This document shows, piece by piece, positions 9,243 through 17,527 of a stretch of DNA of 64,000 nucleotides. The notes below the pieces were generated by a model. It worked only from the letters and a program-made list of their open reading frames with translations. It ran no database searches and was not told the DNA's origin. This DNA is from Hyphomonas sp. (lineage in GTDB: Bacteria; Pseudomonadota; Alphaproteobacteria; Caulobacterales; Hyphomonadaceae), in the NCBI GenBank assembly GCA_020425315.1, contig JAGQRO010000093.1, forward strand, positions 5,554-69,553, given 5' to 3'. The first letter of the stretch is position 1, and each line of letters begins with the position of its first letter. A program made the position numbers and the translations under genes.

Positions 9243-9902
9243 ATGTCGGAAACACAGACCGCCCCGCGAACGGACCGCCGCACCGCCATCCTGGATGCAG
9301 CGGAACAGCAATTCGCCGCCCATGGCTATGATGGGGTAACCCTGCGCAATATCGCGCGCGAAGCCGGCGTCGACCTTGCCCTGCCGAACTATTATTTCGG
9401 CCCAAAACGAGACCTGTTCGATGCGGTCCTGATGCGGCGGGCGGAAATTCTCAATGCCGCGCGTCTGCAACAACTCGATGACTGCCTTCGGACGGCCGGA
9501 TCGGCCCCGAAAGTCGAAGCCATCATCCGCGCCTTCCTGCGGCCGCTGCTGACCGGCGACCATGTGACCGAACAGGGCTGGAAGAACTATTATGCGCTCA
9601 TTGCGTATGTGAACAACTCGCCGGAATGGGGCGGGAAGCTGATGACCCAATTCTTCGATCCGGTCATCCAGAAATTCATCGATGCCCTGCGACTGGCCAT
9701 GCCGGAAGTCGAGGACCGGGACATCTACTGGGCTTATCACTGCCTGTCGGGCGCGCTGACCCTGACATTCGCACAGACCGGCCGGATCGACACGCTGTCG
9801 AACGGATTGTGCAAGTCCAGCGACCTGGCCGACGCCTACGAACACATGGTCCGCTTCACCACGGCCGGGTTCGAATCCTTCCGGGCGCAGAAAAAGAAAT
9901 AG
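9243..9902 (+). CDS. TetR/AcrR family transcriptional regulator
   Basis: AILDAAEQQFAAHGYDGVTLRNIAREAGV....NYYFGPKRDL HTH. Confidence 0.93.
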   Translation: MSETQTAPRTDRRTAILDAAEQQFAAHGYDGVTLRNIAREAGVDLALPNYYFGPKRDLFDAVLMRRAEILNAARLQQLDDCLRTAGSAPKVEAIIRAFLRPLLTGDHVTEQGWKNYYALIAYVNNSPEWGGKLMTQFFDPVIQKFIDALRLAMPEVEDRDIYWAYHCLSGALTLTFAQTGRIDTLSNGLCKSSDLADAYEHMVRFTTAGFESFRAQKKK

Positions 9903-9926
9903 GCGGCCGCCGGAGGAGCGGCCGCC
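9902..9926. terminator. GC-rich hairpin between convergent genes
   Basis: GGCGGCCGC-CGGAGGA-GCGGCCGCC, perfect 9-bp stem. Confidence 0.55.
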
Positions 9927-9954
9927 AAGATCAGGCGACGTTCGAAACGCCGTC

Positions 9955-12297
9955 CTAGTATTTGAAGTCGACGCCCAGCGTGACGGTTCTCGGCGGGCCA
10001 TAGAAGCCCGTCAGGATGCCTTCGAGACCCAGGGTCGAGGCGCCCATCGGATCGTCCGGCGGCGACAGGAAGTTGTAGCCGGCAACGATGTAACGCTCGT
10101 CCGTCAGGTTCTTGGCCGTCAGGCTGACCGCCCAACGCTCATTTTCCGTTTGCCAGCGCACGCCAGCATCCCAGAGCATATAGGCCGATTGGTCGATTGC
10201 CCCCGGCACTTCGAACTGGCTGGAATCTCCGCGATAGGAGAGTACCGAATTCGCCGTGAATGTGCCGCCATGGCCGCCAATCGACATCGGGCGCTCATAG
10301 TTGAACATGCCCGAAGATGTCCATTCCGGTGTGTTCTGGATCACCCGCTGGTTTGCAACGTCTTGTCCGGTCGCATCGATGAACTCGTCATACTTGCCAT
10401 CGAGATAACCGAGCGACCAGGCGAAGCTGAAGATATCGCCAGCCACGGCAATTTCCTCGCCAAGAACGGTCGTACCTTCCCATTCGACGCCTTTGATCGT
10501 GGCGGCACCGGCATTGGTGACGATGCCGGTAAAGTCGTCGTTCACCCCGTCATTATTGGTGTCGACGCCTGCCGATCCCGGCACCTGGACATCCTTGTAG
10601 TCCATGTAGAAGGCGGCAAGGCTGGACACGAGACGACCATCAAAGGCCGTCGTTTTCCAGCCGATTTCGTAGGAATCGACTTCTTCGGGCTCGAACAGCA
10701 TGAACTCGAAAATCTCGTCAGCCGTGATCTGGTTGTCCTGGTTGAAGTCGGGCGTTGCCGTGGTCTGGCCGCGCGGGTCGAAGCCGCCACCCTTGAAGCC
10801 CTGAGAATAGGTTCCGTAGAAATTGTTGTTGTCGTTCGCCTGGTAGGCCAGCGACACGCGCGGGCTGAAATCATCGAAGCTGGCTTCGCCATCGAAATCG
10901 GACGTCACGGCGATCGGAATTCCGCTGCCGCCGAAGAAATCGGTGAAGCCACCGATGAAAGTAGTGCGCAGGACGCGCCCGGTGCGGTCATCCTCGGTAT
11001 ACCGTCCGCCGAGCGAGACAGCCCACCTGTCGGTCAGGTCGAAGGTGAAGTCGCCATAGACCGACCAGGTGTCGGTATTCACATCCCCGAATGTCTGAGC
11101 GGTCAGGCCCGGAAGCGAGATCAACGCACCGGTCAGGCCGAGTTGCACGTCGAAAGCGTTCAGTGAATTGGCGTCCAGCAGGTAGGCGCCGAAAATACCG
11201 TTCAGCCGCTCGCCCGAATAGGAGAGCTGCAATTCGTGCGATGTCTGATCATTCTCGTAGATGACCGGCGCATCGACATCGACACCGGCAAGCGAGTCGA
11301 AGTCGATCGGCGATGTGGACTCGTCTTCGCGATAGGCGAACACGTATTTCAAGCCGAACGAATCGTTGAGATCCCAGTCGGCAACGACAGAGACGCCGCC
11401 ACCTTCATAGTCCTGCTCCACCACATTCAGGCCGGACCGCGTGTCGTACACGTCGCCCAGAACCGGTGTGGCGGTGAAATAGGACGTATTAAGACGGTGA
11501 CCCTGCTTCGGATCAGACTTGTCCTTGGTCCAGTCGCCGACAACGCGCAGCTGGAAATCGGACGTGACGTCAAGCTCCGCGGACAGGCGCCCGGCCAGAA
11601 CATCCTTGTTGTAGTTCTCGACGCCCGGAAGGGTCAGGTTGTCGCCATACCCCGCATGCGTCAGCATGGCGACGCTACCGCCAACACGGAAGGTATCGGT
11701 CACCGGAATGCTGGTGGTGACGATCACATCGGCCTGGTCGTAGCTGCCATACGCACCATGCACCTTCAGCTCGAACTCGTCAGACAGCGGACGGGTAACA
11801 TACTTCACCGCACCGCCGATCGTGTTGCGGCCATAGAGCGTGCCCTGCGGGCCGCGCAGGATTTCGACGCGCTCGACGTCGAAGATGTCCAGCATCGCGC
11901 CCTGCGGACGGTTCAGGTACACATCGTCGATATAGATGCCGACACCGGCCTCGAAGCCGACAACGGGATCCTGCTGGCCGACACCGCGGATGAAGGCGGA
12001 GAGCGTGTTGTTGGTGGCGCGGGAGGCTTCCAGCGTGACGTTCGGCGAGAGTTTCGCCACTTCGTCCAGCGTTACCACACCGGCGTCCAGAAGCTCATCG
12101 CCGGAGAAAGCCGACACGGATAGCGGCACTTCCAGAAGACTCTCTTCGCGGCGTTGGGCCGTAACGACCACGGGGCCATACCGCTTCTCGGAATTCTGGG
12201 CGCCATCGGCATCCGTTTCCTGGGCCATTGCCGGAAGCAGGGGCGTCAGGGACGAGGCCGCAAGGGCACACAATAACAGCTTTGACCGGGACTTCAT
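9955..12297 (-). CDS. TonB-dependent receptor
   Basis: Signal peptide, VVVTAQRREE, VEILRGPQGTLYGRN, KNLTDERY, C-terminal aromatic residue (DFKY); ATG 12297 chosen for GGAGGAGG RBS. Confidence 0.93.
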   Translation of the reverse strand: MKSRSKLLLCALAASSLTPLLPAMAQETDADGAQNSEKRYGPVVVTAQRREESLLEVPLSVSAFSGDELLDAGVVTLDEVAKLSPNVTLEASRATNNTLSAFIRGVGQQDPVVGFEAGVGIYIDDVYLNRPQGAMLDIFDVERVEILRGPQGTLYGRNTIGGAVKYVTRPLSDEFELKVHGAYGSYDQADVIVTTSIPVTDTFRVGGSVAMLTHAGYGDNLTLPGVENYNKDVLAGRLSAELDVTSDFQLRVVGDWTKDKSDPKQGHRLNTSYFTATPVLGDVYDTRSGLNVVEQDYEGGGVSVVADWDLNDSFGLKYVFAYREDESTSPIDFDSLAGVDVDAPVIYENDQTSHELQLSYSGERLNGIFGAYLLDANSLNAFDVQLGLTGALISLPGLTAQTFGDVNTDTWSVYGDFTFDLTDRWAVSLGGRYTEDDRTGRVLRTTFIGGFTDFFGGSGIPIAVTSDFDGEASFDDFSPRVSLAYQANDNNNFYGTYSQGFKGGGFDPRGQTTATPDFNQDNQITADEIFEFMLFEPEEVDSYEIGWKTTAFDGRLVSSLAAFYMDYKDVQVPGSAGVDTNNDGVNDDFTGIVTNAGAATIKGVEWEGTTVLGEEIAVAGDIFSFAWSLGYLDGKYDEFIDATGQDVANQRVIQNTPEWTSSGMFNYERPMSIGGHGGTFTANSVLSYRGDSSQFEVPGAIDQSAYMLWDAGVRWQTENERWAVSLTAKNLTDERYIVAGYNFLSPPDDPMGASTLGLEGILTGFYGPPRTVTLGVDFKY

Positions 12298-12338
12298 CGT
12301 TTCCTCCTCCACCGCGTCACGACGTCGTGCACGGCATT

Positions 12339-12356
12339 TTTCAACAGTTGTTGAAA
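12339..12356. promoter_or_regulatory. Second copy of the TetR-type operator, upstream of the TBDR
   Basis: TTTCAACA-GT-TGTTGAAA. Confidence 0.7.
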
Positions 12357-12545
12357 CTGCATGGGAGGGTATGGGCTGTCAATGGGGATCGGAAATTTGC
12401 TCGCCATCCGCGACATGGATGCAACGATTGGCGCCGGAAGATGGCGCAAATCGCCCATGGAAGCTCAAAAATTTCTTGCCCAGAATGATATTTTGCGTAC
12501 CTATATGCATAAAATAATACGCAAACTTAAATGTAAGGGGCTCAC

Positions 12546-14288
12546 ATGGACTACGATACGATCATCCGGAACGGCACCATCATTGATGGCACTCGCTTTC
12601 CGCGCTTCGTCGGCGACATCGGCATCCGCAAGGGGCGGGTCGCGCGCATCGGTAATCTGAAGACCGCACGCGCAGCCCATGAGATTGACGCCTACGGCCT
12701 GATCGTCGCCCCTGGACACATCGACCTACACACCCATTACGATGCCCAGATCTTCTGGGATCCCTATTGCTCCAATTCCGGCGAGAATGGCGTCACCACG
12801 GTCGTCACCGGCAATTGCGGCTTTGGCTTTGCCCCCTGCCGGCCGGAAGACCGCGACCGCTACATGCTGATGATGGAGAACACCGAACAGGTGCCGGTCA
12901 AACAGCTGAAGCTCGCCCTGCCCTGGACCTGGGAGAGTTTCCCCGAATGGCTGGACGCCCTGCGTGCCGTGCCGAAGGGCATCAACCTGATGATGTTCCT
13001 GCCGATCAATCCGCTGATGATCTATGTCATGGGCGTCGATGCCGCCAAGTCCCGCCGTCCGACGGCGGATGAACTCGCCACCATGAAACGGCTGATCCAT
13101 GAAGCGATGGACGCCGGCGCCTGCGGCATCGGTCTGTCCCATCTCGGCCACAGCAACAGCCATACCGACTATGACGGCACACCCATGCCGACAGACACGA
13201 TGCACATGGATGATGCCTGCGCGCTCGCCAGCGTCCTGGCAGAGCGCGATGCGGGCTTCATCCAGGTCCTGCCTCAGCTCGGCTTCGTGAAGGATTTCAA
13301 TCTGCCGGAACACCTGGCACGCGCCTCCGGACGACCCGTCGTCGTCAATGTCGTCGCGCCGACGACGCTCGCCCCAGAAATGCATCTCGAACAGCTAGCA
13401 TGGTTGGAACGCATGCGTGCCGAGGGCCTGCAGGTCTTCGGGCAAGGCTTCTTCCACCGGGCCTGGTCGGAGTTCAACCTGATCGAACTCAACATCAACG
13501 ACCATGTTCCAATCTGGCGGGAGCTTTCCGCCCTGCCGAGCATTGAGGCAAAGCTGGAGCGGATATCCGATCCGGTCTTCCGAAAGCAGGTGATCGACAC
13601 CTACGACCCGATAGAGCTCGCAGTTGGCAGCGGTCCGCTGGAGATGATTGCCGTATCAAGCCTCGGCGATGAACCAGACCCGGATGCACTCATCGGCCGG
13701 ACACTTGGGGAGATTGCCGCTGAACAGGACAAGCATGTCGTCGATGCGATGTTCGACATTGCCTTTGCAACCGGCGGCCTTGCGGACTTCCGCACGCCAG
13801 CGCCGTCTGGCGATGATCCTGCGCTGATGGCGGGCGCCCTGCACCATCCGCTCGTCCTGACCGGAACCTCCGATGGCGGAGCGCATTCCAAATTCTATAT
13901 CGGCGGGCACTGGCCGACTGAACTGATCGGCTGGCTGGAGCGCGACAACCGGCTTGTCTCGCTGGAAGAACTCCACGCCCGCATGTCGCACGATCCGGCG
14001 CGTGTTGCGGGCCTGCTCGATCGCGGCGCCCTTCTGCCGGGCATGGCCGCCGATATCATCGTGTACGACCATGCCAGCCTGCGCGTGAATGACGGCCCCT
14101 ATGAACTAAAGCATGATCTGCCGGGCGGCGACTGGCGGCGATACCGGCGCTCTTTCGGCTACCGGCACATCCTTGTGAATGGCGTGGTGACGCATATTGA
14201 TGGAGAGGCGAACGGCAGCACGCCCGGTAATTTCCTGACGCCGGATGCGGGAGGGCGTGCCGACCCGGAAAGCATCGCGGCGGAGTAA
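12546..14288 (+). CDS. N-acyl-D-amino-acid deacylase family amidohydrolase
   Basis: APGHIDLHTHYD, GVTTVVTGNCG, SDGGAH, GMAADI, VNG. Confidence 0.88.
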   Translation: MDYDTIIRNGTIIDGTRFPRFVGDIGIRKGRVARIGNLKTARAAHEIDAYGLIVAPGHIDLHTHYDAQIFWDPYCSNSGENGVTTVVTGNCGFGFAPCRPEDRDRYMLMMENTEQVPVKQLKLALPWTWESFPEWLDALRAVPKGINLMMFLPINPLMIYVMGVDAAKSRRPTADELATMKRLIHEAMDAGACGIGLSHLGHSNSHTDYDGTPMPTDTMHMDDACALASVLAERDAGFIQVLPQLGFVKDFNLPEHLARASGRPVVVNVVAPTTLAPEMHLEQLAWLERMRAEGLQVFGQGFFHRAWSEFNLIELNINDHVPIWRELSALPSIEAKLERISDPVFRKQVIDTYDPIELAVGSGPLEMIAVSSLGDEPDPDALIGRTLGEIAAEQDKHVVDAMFDIAFATGGLADFRTPAPSGDDPALMAGALHHPLVLTGTSDGGAHSKFYIGGHWPTELIGWLERDNRLVSLEELHARMSHDPARVAGLLDRGALLPGMAADIIVYDHASLRVNDGPYELKHDLPGGDWRRYRRSFGYRHILVNGVVTHIDGEANGSTPGNFLTPDAGGRADPESIAAE

Positions 14289-14295
14289 GCAGGCA

Positions 14296-15381
14296 ATGAC
14301 AGAGCAATCCGTTGACCTGAAGCGCGTCATTGACGCGTCGGTCGGGGCGAACAAGCCGAAATTCAGCGATATCGATCCCTCCCGCATCGCGGCACTGATC
14401 TCCGGCCAGCCGGACGTCGAGGGGGCCGTAACGGTTTCCGACATAAGCGGCGGCGGGGCCAGCGCCGGCGCATCCAGCGGCATCGTGGTCTTCCGGGCGA
14501 AGCATTCCGGCACGGAGGCGCGTTTCGTTTTGCGCTATGCACCACTCAGCAATGATCACCGGATCTTCTATGAGTATGACGTGACCGGACAATTCGAACT
14601 TCAGCGCCGCCTGCATGCGGCCGGCCTGCCCGTGTCGAACGGGCGCTGGATCGATCCGGACGGCGGGACGCTCGGCCTGCCCGGCTACATCATGGACCAT
14701 GTCGAAGGTGTCGTGGCGGACGGGTCCGCCTTCACCGGCGGCCTGATTGCCGAGGCAGACGCGCCGCGCCGCGCCCGGCTGATCGACCGCATCTATGGCG
14801 CCATGGACCGTATCCACTCGGTGGACTGGCAGGCGCTGGGCCTGCACTCCTGCACCCGAAATGGCGGCGGCGAAACGCCCGTGGCACGGTATCTCAACTG
14901 GTTCTGGAAGACGGCGGAATGGGTGAACCCACCGGACCTTGCCCGACTGGACACGATCCGAAGGCGCCTGATCGCCGACGCCCCGACGCACCATCCCGAC
15001 GATTTGTCGCTCGTGCACGGAGACCCCGGCCTCGGCAACTACATGTTCCGGAACGATGAAGTCGTCTGTATCCTCGACTGGGAACTCTCCGGCATCCTGC
15101 ACCCGGACATGGACGTTGCCATGCAATGCTCGCTCAACGATTTCTTCCGCGCCGCCGCGCCGCCTGATATCGCGGAGAAGATCCCCTCCCAGCAGGACTG
15201 GATCGCCGGTTATGAGCGCGTAACCGGCCGGCGGCTGAAGCAATTCGACTACTACCGGAAGCTTGTCGCCCTGCCCTCGCTGATCGTGTCGCTGTCCATG
15301 AACCGCAACATGCCGCCGGACATGCAGGCCGGGCACCGGCAGATGCTGGAGCCCCTCTGGGCCGCCGCCGAAGCCAACTGA
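14296..15381 (+). CDS. APH-family phosphotransferase (ACAD10/LvaA/Rv3168-like kinase fold)
   Basis: VLR, YIMDHVEG, LVHGDPGLGNYMF, LDWE; start moved to ATG 14296, just after the upstream stop. Confidence 0.82.
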   Translation: MTEQSVDLKRVIDASVGANKPKFSDIDPSRIAALISGQPDVEGAVTVSDISGGGASAGASSGIVVFRAKHSGTEARFVLRYAPLSNDHRIFYEYDVTGQFELQRRLHAAGLPVSNGRWIDPDGGTLGLPGYIMDHVEGVVADGSAFTGGLIAEADAPRRARLIDRIYGAMDRIHSVDWQALGLHSCTRNGGGETPVARYLNWFWKTAEWVNPPDLARLDTIRRRLIADAPTHHPDDLSLVHGDPGLGNYMFRNDEVVCILDWELSGILHPDMDVAMQCSLNDFFRAAAPPDIAEKIPSQQDWIAGYERVTGRRLKQFDYYRKLVALPSLIVSLSMNRNMPPDMQAGHRQMLEPLWAAAEAN

Positions 15382-15397
15382 CACGCAGGACCGCAAG

Positions 15398-16393
15398 ATG
15401 AGCGCCTATGACGACACCTGGGAATGCCCACATCCGCCGGGTCCGGACGATCTCTGGCAGGAGAGCGACTGTTACTGGTTCTATGATCCGGCGACTGGCA
15501 CCGGTGGTTATCATCGTATCGGCCAGTATGTGAATCGCGGCAGCGGGCAAACCATGCTGTTCGCTTTCCGGCAGGACGGCAACCGGTTCCGCAGACTAGC
15601 CGAGTTTGGGCGCGGTGACTGTTCGCGCTCAGGCGAGGGACAGCGTGCGGGGAGTTCCGCCTCGGAATATCTCGGCGATGGCAGGGTCCGCTTCACCTGG
15701 GAGGAGCCGGATTGTTCGGGTGACCTCATCTTTTCCGAACCCTTCTACACGCCGCGCAGCTGGATGGCGGAAGAGTCAGGAGATGATGGCGCCGGCGCGG
15801 TCAAGCAGCGCATGAATACGGGCGGGCATCTCGAAGTGTCCGGCCGGATGCGTGGGCGGATTCGTCTGGGAGCGGACGTTTTCGACATCGACGCCCTTGC
15901 GCACCGAGATCGCTCCTGGGGTAACCGGGACTACCGGTCCGCCTACCAGCACCGCATGGTGACCGGCACGCTCGGCTCCAGCCTCTCCTGGGCGACCTAT
16001 ATCATGCAGCTCGACAACGGCCATGTCGCCCGTGCCGGGTTCGTCGCCCGCAATGGAGTGACCACGGATATCACCGACGTGCAGGTGCTCGCCGAGATCG
16101 ACTATGACGGGCTGGGCGTTGCCGCGCTCCGCACCCGGCTCGACCTTGTCGATGGCAGCCATATCGACCTGCGCGGAACAGCGGCGCAGTCCTTCTCCGC
16201 CCTGACGGAAGGCTGGCTGGTGTCGTCCCACCATTTCGTGCCGATCGCGAACCACCAGCCACCCGGATTCACGATCCTCGACATGACCAACCGGCCCAGC
16301 AAGGGCACCTATGTGCCGCAGCCGGGCGAGGTCGGGAGCATCTGTGTCCGCGATGGTCTGGAACCGGCCCGGCGCCCCTTCAGCCTCCCCTGA
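15398..16393 (+). CDS. Conserved hypothetical protein with RDRSWG motif (tocopherol-cyclase/CrtC-like beta fold, tentative)
   Basis: WQES.YW.YD, HLE..G...G.I, AHRDRSWGNRD; RBS upstream; operonic position. Confidence 0.65.
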   Translation: MSAYDDTWECPHPPGPDDLWQESDCYWFYDPATGTGGYHRIGQYVNRGSGQTMLFAFRQDGNRFRRLAEFGRGDCSRSGEGQRAGSSASEYLGDGRVRFTWEEPDCSGDLIFSEPFYTPRSWMAEESGDDGAGAVKQRMNTGGHLEVSGRMRGRIRLGADVFDIDALAHRDRSWGNRDYRSAYQHRMVTGTLGSSLSWATYIMQLDNGHVARAGFVARNGVTTDITDVQVLAEIDYDGLGVAALRTRLDLVDGSHIDLRGTAAQSFSALTEGWLVSSHHFVPIANHQPPGFTILDMTNRPSKGTYVPQPGEVGSICVRDGLEPARRPFSLP

Positions 16394-16471
16394 TTTGGCG
16401 CCCTGAATTGGCGCATGGCCTCCTGCCCGGCTTCCCGTTAAAGAGGGAAATGCCACAGCCCGGGGAGGCCC

Positions 16472-16927
16472 ATGTCACAACGCGACCAGACCGACCTGCA
16501 GATCATTGACTGCCTGCGCCGCGACCCGCGAATGTCCAACAAGGACATCGCCGCAGCGATCGGCATTGCGGAGGCGACGGTGGCCGCGCGCATCCGCAGC
16601 CTGCGCGATGATGGCGTTGCCCGGGTCGTCGCCCAGATGGATGTGCGCAAGCTCGGTTTCGATCTCATCAGCCTGGTCGATGTCCATGTCTCCGGCGCCG
16701 GCATCCGGGAGGTTGCGGAAGAACTCGCGCAGCTGGAAGAAATTTCCAGCGTGTGCCTCTGCGGCGGCAGCCCCGCGATCATCGTCCAGATTAATGCGCG
16801 CGACCGGGCACATATGACCGAAATCCTCTACGAGAAGATCGCCGCTGTGCCGGGCGTGACCGAGGTCGTCTGCAATCTCATTACTCGCATGTACAAGTTC
16901 AAGAGCGAATGGGGCACGCTGTCATGA
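16472..16927 (+). CDS. Lrp/AsnC family transcriptional regulator
   Basis: DQTDLQII..L..DPRMSNKDIA..IGIAEATV..RI..L HTH plus RAM domain. Confidence 0.9.
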   Translation: MSQRDQTDLQIIDCLRRDPRMSNKDIAAAIGIAEATVAARIRSLRDDGVARVVAQMDVRKLGFDLISLVDVHVSGAGIREVAEELAQLEEISSVCLCGGSPAIIVQINARDRAHMTEILYEKIAAVPGVTEVVCNLITRMYKFKSEWGTLS

Positions 16928-17391
16928 GCGAACGGGTCGAGATTGACGCCACAGACAAGGCGATCCTGAACCTGTTGCAGGAAGACGGCCGCATGCCGAT
17001 GCGCGAAATCGCTCGCCAGATCGGCGTTGCCGAGGGCACGATCCGCCAGCGCCTGCGCAAGCTGCAGGCGAGCGACGCCTTGCGGTTCAACCTTGTGGTC
17101 GACCCGTTCGAGATCGGCTTCGTCGCGTCGGCCTATATCCGCGTGCGTTGCGATGCCGGCGCCGCGCCGCGCCTTGCCGCCGGGCTCGCCACGCTGGATG
17201 AAGTCGTGTTCTCCGGACTTACAGCCGGCGAGTGGAACCTTGTGGCCTTCGTGGTCGTGGAGACACGCGAGCGCATCAATAGCCTTGTGGAGACGCATAT
17301 CCGCAGCGTCCCAGGCGTACGCTATGTCGATATTCGCGAGCCCCTGGATATTGCCGCTCACCGGTTTGATATCGCTCGCTTTATCGAGTGA
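16924..17391 (+). CDS. Lrp/AsnC family transcriptional regulator (second paralog)
   Basis: DATDKAILNLLQEDGRMP.REIARQIGVAEGTIRQRL; ATGA overlap with the first Lrp gene. Confidence 0.9.
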   Translation: MSERVEIDATDKAILNLLQEDGRMPMREIARQIGVAEGTIRQRLRKLQASDALRFNLVVDPFEIGFVASAYIRVRCDAGAAPRLAAGLATLDEVVFSGLTAGEWNLVAFVVVETRERINSLVETHIRSVPGVRYVDIREPLDIAAHRFDIARFIE

Positions 17392-17527
17392 TACGCAAAA
17401 TCACATCGGTACTCATTTTATATATATTTTGCGTTGCCATGAGCGCAATAAAGTGATGATACTATCCTTCAGAGGTGTTCTGCGCCGCTTTCGCGCATCA
17501 GAAAACGCCCCAAGGGAGGAAAGTCAG

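Noticed and set aside
14296-15381. Aminoglycoside resistance kinase
   Set aside because: Length, motifs and operon context fit metabolic ACAD10/LvaA-like kinases
16391-16414. Tandem TGA(T/A)TTGGCGC repeat before the Lrp genes
   Set aside because: Short, two copies, overlaps a stop codon; cannot be told from chance
16472-17391. AhbA/AhbB (NirDLGH) siroheme decarboxylase pair
   Set aside because: No H.Y.R-type Ahb motif, no tetrapyrrole genes nearby, and the HTHs are canonical Lrp
17027-17527. 881-aa TBDR with a long N-terminal extension
   Set aside because: The extension overlaps the Lrp gene in another frame and the AT-rich promoter; RBS and signal peptide start at 17528
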